Assembly: GCA_965215505.1 (NCBI GenBank)
Contig: OZ244065.1
Span: 1,568,001-1,632,000, forward strand
Reading direction: 5' to 3'
From: Capsulimonadaceae bacterium
Lineage (GTDB): Bacteria; Armatimonadota; Armatimonadia; Armatimonadales; Capsulimonadaceae
DNA: 64,000 bases
The position numbers were made by a program, and so were the translations under genes. The stretch's first letter is position 1; each line of letters begins with the position of its first letter. Under the pieces are notes generated by a model. The model made no database searches. It saw only the letters and a list, made by a program, of their open reading frames with translations, and was not told the origin of the DNA. Positions 57,841 through 64,000 of this stretch are shown here, piece by piece.

Positions 57841-58869
57841 ATGGACGCAGAACAGGTTCGGAAGCGGCTCCGGTCGCGGCAGACGCAGGACCGCATTGGG
57901 GCGGTCAAACAGGCGCTGGGCCTGGACCGGCCGGAGCGGCAGGCGCTTCTTTTGGAGGCGCTGGCCGACAAGTCCCCCTACGTCGGTGCCCTGGCGGCGG
58001 AAGCCTTGGGCGAGAGCGCCGACGACGCGGCGGCAGTGGTGATGACGGAGCGGTTCGCCCACCTGAGCGAAGACGGCCCCGCACGCGACCCCGGCTGCCA
58101 CATCCGGGGCAACCTGGCGTTTGCGCTGGGCCGCCTGCAATGCTATGCCGCCTCGGATGTGCTGCGGGTCGGCATCCGCACGGTGCAGATCGAGGCGGTC
58201 GGGGGCGTCCCGTTCGACACGGCGGCCCACCTGCGTGCGAACTGCGCCCTGGCCCTGGCCCAGATCCGCGACCTGGACAGCGTCCGCGACATCGCCCTGC
58301 TGCTGTTCGACCGGAGCGGCTTCGCGCACGGCCTCCCCGACCCCAGGGTCAAGATGGAGCCGCGCAAGGCGGCGGCGCGGGCGCTCTCCCTGACGGGAAG
58401 CCCCCAGTCGCGCCTGCCGCTGACCCTGCGGCTGGTCCACCCCGAGAACGAGGAGCCGGAGGTCCTGCAAGAGTGCATGCAGGCGCTTGTAGAGCTGGAA
58501 GACCCCCACGCCCTGGAAGTCCTGGAACCCTACCTGAGTCACCGCGACATGCGCCTGGCCGCTTACGCCGCCCTGATGATTGCCCAGACGCAGGCCCCCG
58601 AAGCGGCAGCCCTGCTGGCCGGGGCCATCGAGCGCCTGTCCGGCGATCCCCTGCGCGCGACTGTCTTGGCCCTGATGACTCTGCACACCCCCGAAGCCCA
58701 GGAACTCCTCTACTCCCTGACCCGCTCCAACCGCGAGGCCGTCCGCCTAGCGGCGGTCGAGGCCCTGCCCCGCAGCTCGGCGGGCCGGACCGTTTTGGAA
58801 GCCCTCGCCGCCCACGACCCCTCGGCGCGCGTCCGCGCCGCCGCGAAGGCCGTTATCGCTCAGGAGTAG
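57841..58869 (+). CDS. HEAT-repeat protein
   Basis: L.D.SPYV..LAAEALG, VRLAAVEAL, DPSARVRAAA. Confidence 0.8.
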   Translation: MDAEQVRKRLRSRQTQDRIGAVKQALGLDRPERQALLLEALADKSPYVGALAAEALGESADDAAAVVMTERFAHLSEDGPARDPGCHIRGNLAFALGRLQCYAASDVLRVGIRTVQIEAVGGVPFDTAAHLRANCALALAQIRDLDSVRDIALLLFDRSGFAHGLPDPRVKMEPRKAAARALSLTGSPQSRLPLTLRLVHPENEEPEVLQECMQALVELEDPHALEVLEPYLSHRDMRLAAYAALMIAQTQAPEAAALLAGAIERLSGDPLRATVLALMTLHTPEAQELLYSLTRSNREAVRLAAVEALPRSSAGRTVLEALAAHDPSARVRAAAKAVIAQE

Positions 58870-58966
58870 ATTTTTGATGCCCGCGATTGTGAACGCAGTG
58901 CGTTCAGAATCACAGAAGTCTCAGCGTGTGGCGAATTACCTGCCAAGTGTTCCAATCTGGAACGTA

Positions 58967-59017
58967 CTGCGTTCCAAATCATGAAACCAACTGCGTTCCA
59001 AATCATGAAACCAACTG
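58967..59017. repeat. 24-bp tandem duplication
   Basis: CTGCGTTCCAAATCATGAAACCAA twice in an intergenic region. Confidence 0.8.
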
Positions 59018-59155
59018 AACGGGGTCGAAGAACGCTGAGGTCTGCCCTTCGACGGCACCAAAACATTCGGGAACATTTTTCATTTACCTTTCATCTAAAA
59101 GGGGAATACTAGAATAGCAAGCGAACCACGGTCCGCTGCCTAGAAGCAAGGAGAG

Positions 59156-60499
59156 ATGAAAATGACAACCGCTCTCAACCCGAACAACACAGACAAGAAC
59201 CAACTTGACCTTAAATCCTGCCGCCGGTGGATCGGGGGCGCGGTCGCGGCCCTCGGGCTGCTCTGCCTGACGACGGGCGTCCGCGCCCAGGACCCGGTGA
59301 CGATGGCGCCGCCGGTTTCGGAGCAGTCGGCCCCCGACGCGCAGTACCCGCAGCAGTCGACGGAGGGAACGCCCGTCAACGCGAGCCAGTCCAGTGTTTT
59401 TAACTGGGCCGAGATCCCGCAGGACCAGCGGGTGCCTGTGACGCGCGTCGCCTTTGACCAGGGCGGCTACCAGATCTATGATACGGTGGGGGAGACCATC
59501 GTGGTGCCGTTCGCCAACAAGAACCTGTATGTGATGAAGTTCGCCGTGTCCCCGGACGACACAATGTTCTTCGAGAACACGGGCGGGGCACCGGTCCTGT
59601 ATGTGCCGCAGAACGGCTATTTGGAGAACGCCACGGTGCCTGGGGCCAAGTGGTATCCGTTCTCGGAGAAGTTCCACCCGGCCGAGCCGGTCTTCCTGGG
59701 GATCGCGCCGAGTTACCCGGTCTTCGTCGGCCTGGGCTGGTATCCGCACACGGCCCTGTACGGCGGCTACTACTGCCACACATCCTTCGTGGAGGGGGGG
59801 GTCTTCCTGCCGAGCATCGGCCTGAGCTTCTTCATCGGCGGGCACCCCTACTACGGCTACTCGGGCTACCGCGACTACGTTTTCGCACACCCCGCGCCAT
59901 ACCACATCGGGTACTTTAACCGGGACGTCTACCACTTCGCAGGGCGGCCTATTGGCCCCGACCACGCATTCTATGGCGGCGGCCATGGGGGCTACGACGG
60001 CCACAGCTTCGGCGGCTACCGTGGCGGCGACCGCGGCCCCGTCGGCGGCTTCCATGGGGATCATCAAGCCTTCGGAAGCGGCTCCCGCTCCTTCGGCGAC
60101 GGCGCTCACACCTTCCGGGGGGCGGGCACGTTCAACGGCGGCAGCCATTCTTATAGCGGCGACCGTTCCTATAGCAGTGGGCATTCGTTCAGCGGGGGCG
60201 GGGACCCGACCAGGTACGCGCATCGCACGTTCCAGGGCGCGGGTCATTCCTACAGTGGTGGGGATACGGGCGGGCGCTCCTATAGCAGCGGAAACGTGGG
60301 CGGGCGCTCTTATGGCGGAGGGAACGCGGGCGGTCACTCCGATGGCGGCAGCCGCTCCTATAGCAGTGGTCGTTCCAGCGGCAATGACCGTTCCGGTGGT
60401 GGCAGCCGCTCCTACAGCGGCGGAGGTCACTCCGATAACGGGGGCAGCCATTCCGACGGGGGCGGGCGTTCCTATGGGGGTGGCGGTCGCGGTCGGTAG
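59156..60499 (+). CDS. exported protein with Gly/Ser-rich low-complexity tail
   Basis: AGGAG RBS, signal peptide (VRA|Q), GGRSYS/G repeats. Confidence 0.75.
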   Translation: MKMTTALNPNNTDKNQLDLKSCRRWIGGAVAALGLLCLTTGVRAQDPVTMAPPVSEQSAPDAQYPQQSTEGTPVNASQSSVFNWAEIPQDQRVPVTRVAFDQGGYQIYDTVGETIVVPFANKNLYVMKFAVSPDDTMFFENTGGAPVLYVPQNGYLENATVPGAKWYPFSEKFHPAEPVFLGIAPSYPVFVGLGWYPHTALYGGYYCHTSFVEGGVFLPSIGLSFFIGGHPYYGYSGYRDYVFAHPAPYHIGYFNRDVYHFAGRPIGPDHAFYGGGHGGYDGHSFGGYRGGDRGPVGGFHGDHQAFGSGSRSFGDGAHTFRGAGTFNGGSHSYSGDRSYSSGHSFSGGGDPTRYAHRTFQGAGHSYSGGDTGGRSYSSGNVGGRSYGGGNAGGHSDGGSRSYSSGRSSGNDRSGGGSRSYSGGGHSDNGGSHSDGGGRSYGGGGRGR

Positions 60500-60514
60500 G
60501 GCAGAGCAGCACAG

Positions 60515-60552
60515 AGGCCGCCGGTGTGACAAACACCGGCGGCCTTTGTTGT
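60515..60552. terminator. terminator between convergent genes
   Basis: AGGCCGCCGGTGT...ACACCGGCGGCCT followed by TTGTTGTT. Confidence 0.75.
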
Positions 60553-60583
60553 TCTGATCGGTGATGTGGTAAGAATCCCAGTG

Positions 60584-61894
60584 TCAGGCTGGGGACCTAC
60601 GGCGCAGTCCCATCGGGCTACCGTCCTGGTACTCTGCCAGCGCCGAAGGGTTCTTCATCCTCTGCAAATGCTGACGTATCTGGTCGATCTGCGCCAGCAC
60701 GGCGGTCCCGAACTGCTCATCGAGTACCGTCGCCCCGTCCTGCGCGCGCTGCAATGCTGCGGAGACGAGGACCTCCTTTAGATAGGCGGGGGTGAAGCCG
60801 TCGCTGCGTTCCGCGACCTGCGCGGTCAATGCCTCGCGGTCCAGTGAGGGAGTCAGCAGATCGGACAGGGAGGGGCGGGCGAGTATCCGGCGGCAGTAAC
60901 GGCGGCGTTCTTCTGCTGCCGGCAGTCCGAGATGGAAGACGCGGTCGAATCGGGAGGGACGCTTGAGCAGGGCTTCGTCTATCTTGCCGGGATGGTTTGA
61001 GGAGGCGACGATGAGGAGGCCATCGTTGTTCTCAAAGCCGTCGAGTTCGTTGAGGAAGACCGTCCGGTTGCCTTCATCCACGAACCCGTCTAAGTCCTCG
61101 AAGGCCAGGATGCAGGGGGACAGCTTCCGCGCCCGCTCGAAGATGGCCCTGATCGGGTCCTGACCGCCGTTCTTACGCAGGTCCCGCACATAGAGGAAGG
61201 GCAGATCGGGCAGTGAGGCCGCGATGGCTTTGCACACCATCGTCTTGCCCGTGCCGGGCGGCCCCACGAGCAGGATGCCCCGACGCCAGGCAAAGCCCAG
61301 CCGCGCGAACATGGCGCGGTTGGCAAAGAAGCCCTCGACGGCCCCCCTCAGTTCCTCGGAGAGTTCAACCGGCAGCACGATGTCCTGCCACGTCACGTCG
61401 CCTATCTCCGCGTCCAGGTCAGGCTCGCTCCTCCAGCCGCCGCTGTACTGGAGGCACTGCTTGGCCGGGCGCAGTGCGTAATCCGTCATCGCTTCGACGA
61501 AGGAGGAGACGACGCTCCGGTCGGGCGCGAAGCAGACGACGGGCGAAACAGGGGGGCCGGACCCCATAGCCACTTCAACCCTCTGCCCCCGCCACTCCGC
61601 CTCGAACCAGGCGACGTAGGGGTAGCTCTGGTTTGACGCCGTGACGCTTCTCCCGTAGGAATCGACGCTACCGGCGATCAAGCTTTGGAAGCGGTCCGCC
61701 TCGTTCTCCAGGAAGCGGAGCAGGCCCAGACGGTCAATGCCGGCGATCACCGCCGCGCAGCCGGGCACGTTCGCGCGAATCTCCCGGAGCAGTATGCCGG
61801 TGCTGTCTCCCTCCTCGGAGTGCTGCGTCAGCACCTTCCGGATCGCGCCGTCCCGCCAGTCCGGGGCAGGGTGTTGTTCGGGCTGTGTTGTCAT
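60584..61894 (-). CDS. AAA+ ATPase
   Basis: GILLVGPPGTGKT, LAFEDLD, FLNELDG, D.ALLKRPSRFD. Confidence 0.9.
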   Translation of the reverse strand: MTTQPEQHPAPDWRDGAIRKVLTQHSEEGDSTGILLREIRANVPGCAAVIAGIDRLGLLRFLENEADRFQSLIAGSVDSYGRSVTASNQSYPYVAWFEAEWRGQRVEVAMGSGPPVSPVVCFAPDRSVVSSFVEAMTDYALRPAKQCLQYSGGWRSEPDLDAEIGDVTWQDIVLPVELSEELRGAVEGFFANRAMFARLGFAWRRGILLVGPPGTGKTMVCKAIAASLPDLPFLYVRDLRKNGGQDPIRAIFERARKLSPCILAFEDLDGFVDEGNRTVFLNELDGFENNDGLLIVASSNHPGKIDEALLKRPSRFDRVFHLGLPAAEERRRYCRRILARPSLSDLLTPSLDREALTAQVAERSDGFTPAYLKEVLVSAALQRAQDGATVLDEQFGTAVLAQIDQIRQHLQRMKNPSALAEYQDGSPMGLRRRSPA

Positions 61895-61907
61895 AGGCTG
61901 GGCCGTG

Positions 61908-63890
61908 TCAGTGTCCCCCACCCCCGGCGGGCGGGTTGAGGGCGTTGAAGTACTTGCGGACGTCGCTGCGGTAGGCGGGCGGGATGTCCTCCTTGTCCAT
62001 CGTAGACTCGGCGCTCTTGCGGGCGGGGGCGACGTAGTCGTAGTAGGGCACTTTGCTGGTCGTCTGGCCAGGCACGGCATTAGGGTTGGAGCCGACCTTA
62101 CGGACGGGGCCGCTCTTGCTGGGGCCGGGGTTCAGGGGCTTGCCGAAGTAGAGCTTGTTGTTCTTGGACATCTTGGACGGGTCCATCTTGCCCAGGTGCT
62201 TCAGGGGGCTGCTGCCCTCGCCCGTGTCGCCGGGCTTGCCGCCGGCCTTGCCCCCGCCCCCGCTGCCGCCGTTGCCCTTGCCGCTGCCGTGCTGGCCATT
62301 CGCGCCGTCGAGGCCGTCGCCGTCACCCTGTCCATCGCCTTCACCCTCGCCCTGGCCTTTCCCCTTGCCTTTACCCTTCCCTTTGCCCTGGCCCTGACCA
62401 GGCTGCCCCGAATCGTCCTGGACATCGCCCGCGCTGTTCGCGCCGGCCATTTCGCTCTCCGCGCCCTCGGTGGCGTCCTGGGCGTCCTGCATGGCTTGCT
62501 GGTCGGCCTGATCGCGGGCCTCGCGCTCGGCGGCGTCGGCGGCCTTCCGCATCTCGGAGGCGGCGGCCGACTTGTCCCCGCGTTTCAGGGCGTCGGCGGC
62601 GGCCTGGGTGTGCTTCTGCGTCTCGGGCATCGGCGTGTTCTTGAGGGCGTCGGCCAGCTTCTGGAGGTCCTGGGCGCCCTGGCCCTGCTCGGCGGGGGAC
62701 ATCTTGCCGGACTCGGCGTGGTCCGCCATCTGCCGGAGCTGCTCGCTGAGGCCCTTGGAGTCGTTCTGCTGCATCGCCTGGGCGGCCTTGCGGAGTTCCG
62801 GAGTCACCGGCTGGCCGGTCGGGGAGGGGCTGGACGCGCCGGCCTTGTTCTTGCCCACGCCCGGCACGTTGAAGCCATGTGAGGGGTCCTCGCCAGCCTT
62901 CTTGCCCGCGCCGGCACCGTTCTCGCCGGGCTTCTGGCCGGCCTTGTTGCCGCCGCCGCCCGCCTTCTGGCCCGCACCGCCTGCCTTGCTGGCGCTGGCC
63001 GAGGCGGACGCGCCGGCCATCGCCTGGGCGAGCTGCTGGCCGGCCTGGGCCATGCTCTTGCTGCCCGCACCGGCCCCGCTGTTCGCTTGGGCGCGTTTCT
63101 GCTGCTCCGCCTTCATCTGGCTGGTGAGCCTCGCGATCTGGACCATCGCCTGTTTCTTGTCCATCTTGCCGGATGCCAGCCGCTTGCCGAGACGCTGCAT
63201 GGCGGCGGCGGCGCGGCGGGTGCCGTCCAGGTGCTGCCCCTCGGCCTGCTTCTGGATCAGGCGGGCCGTCTTCTGCATCTTGTCGCCGGTCTTGTGGACG
63301 ATCGCACGCTCGGTGAGGACGCCGGGCGGGAGGAAGACGGGGAGAGTCGGGAGGAACAAGACCAGCGCGAGGAGGACCAGCCCGCCCAGCGCGGCCCCAG
63401 CCTCCCAGGGCCAGCGCAGCGGGACCGCCTCGACAACCTTGAGGCTGCGGGCGTGGACGGCGGCGTCCTCCTGCTGCAAGCGCATGAGCAGCACGGCGTC
63501 GGGGGCAGCGACCCCCGACGGGGCGCGCTCGAACTCCAGGGCGGACGACAGGCGTTCCTTCAGGCCCAGACGCGCCTCGGCCAGCCGGGCGGCATCCATC
63601 AGCGAGATGGGGCGCAGGAACGTGGTGGTCGTGCCCACGGCGATGCCGAGCAGGATCACACCCGGCAGGGCCGCTTCCAGAGGCAGCCATTCGGGCAGGA
63701 CGTCGAAGTGGGCGCAGACGGCGGCGATCAGGGCGGCAACGACCCCGGCCAGCGCGCCGCGCGATGCGTGCCGGACCCAGCGCGCCATTCGCAGCCGCGC
63801 CGTCACCGAGGCCAGCACCTCAGAAATGGCGTTCGGGCCGGGAAGCGGGGCGGGGCCGGGCTGTGGCCTGGGTGTGCTGATTGTCGCCAT
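61908..63890 (-). CDS. membrane protein with coiled-coil and Gly-rich tail
   Basis: Three TM segments, LKERLSSALE, C-terminal IPPAYRSDVRKYF. Confidence 0.75.
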   Translation of the reverse strand: MATISTPRPQPGPAPLPGPNAISEVLASVTARLRMARWVRHASRGALAGVVAALIAAVCAHFDVLPEWLPLEAALPGVILLGIAVGTTTTFLRPISLMDAARLAEARLGLKERLSSALEFERAPSGVAAPDAVLLMRLQQEDAAVHARSLKVVEAVPLRWPWEAGAALGGLVLLALVLFLPTLPVFLPPGVLTERAIVHKTGDKMQKTARLIQKQAEGQHLDGTRRAAAAMQRLGKRLASGKMDKKQAMVQIARLTSQMKAEQQKRAQANSGAGAGSKSMAQAGQQLAQAMAGASASASASKAGGAGQKAGGGGNKAGQKPGENGAGAGKKAGEDPSHGFNVPGVGKNKAGASSPSPTGQPVTPELRKAAQAMQQNDSKGLSEQLRQMADHAESGKMSPAEQGQGAQDLQKLADALKNTPMPETQKHTQAAADALKRGDKSAAASEMRKAADAAEREARDQADQQAMQDAQDATEGAESEMAGANSAGDVQDDSGQPGQGQGKGKGKGKGKGQGEGEGDGQGDGDGLDGANGQHGSGKGNGGSGGGGKAGGKPGDTGEGSSPLKHLGKMDPSKMSKNNKLYFGKPLNPGPSKSGPVRKVGSNPNAVPGQTTSKVPYYDYVAPARKSAESTMDKEDIPPAYRSDVRKYFNALNPPAGGGGH

Positions 63891-64000
63891 GATGTCGCCT
63901 CGTGTCGCCTTTCGGGACCCGCCGGGCGGCGGGTTCCTTATTATACGCGATTTCGTGCTAGAACGGTGCGCGCCCGGACGGTGCGAGGCTCTAGGGGTTC

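Overview
High-GC bacterial chromosomal window from a flagellated diderm. Gene content is suggestive of Armatimonadota, but this is inference only. The core blocks are a flagellar operon (flgF-flgG-flgA-flgH-flgI-flgJ-flgN-flgK-flgL-fliW-csrA), a TPP-riboswitch-controlled thiamine operon (thiC-thiG-thiE/tenI-thiS-thiO-thiDE) interrupted by HEPN/DUF433/Uma2 genes, mtlD-like/GT2/methyltransferase/metallophosphoesterase genes, a DUF1800/DUF1501 pair, a glutaminase-like gene, a GH95 fucosidase, and an nrdR-nrdJ ribonucleotide reductase locus. The accessory material includes mazEF, a decayed Rhs toxin array with an IS3 inside interleaved direct repeats, an integrase-less integron cassette array (with a ubiquitin-like::HicA-like fusion and a GreA-like::glycine-zipper protein), and GTAG-type REPs, one of them in frame inside flgA. 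The most unusual features are at the nrd locus. A low-GC module between nrdR and nrdJ encodes a 3-TM protein followed by four tightly packed small peptides sharing [G/A]D[P/A]GRxWx[A/P]PxxP, two of which the ORF track misses. nrdJ also carries AT-rich codon patches on its catalytic motifs, and a degenerate free-standing LAGLIDADG homing endonuclease lies directly downstream. All family assignments are by eye and were not checked by database search.
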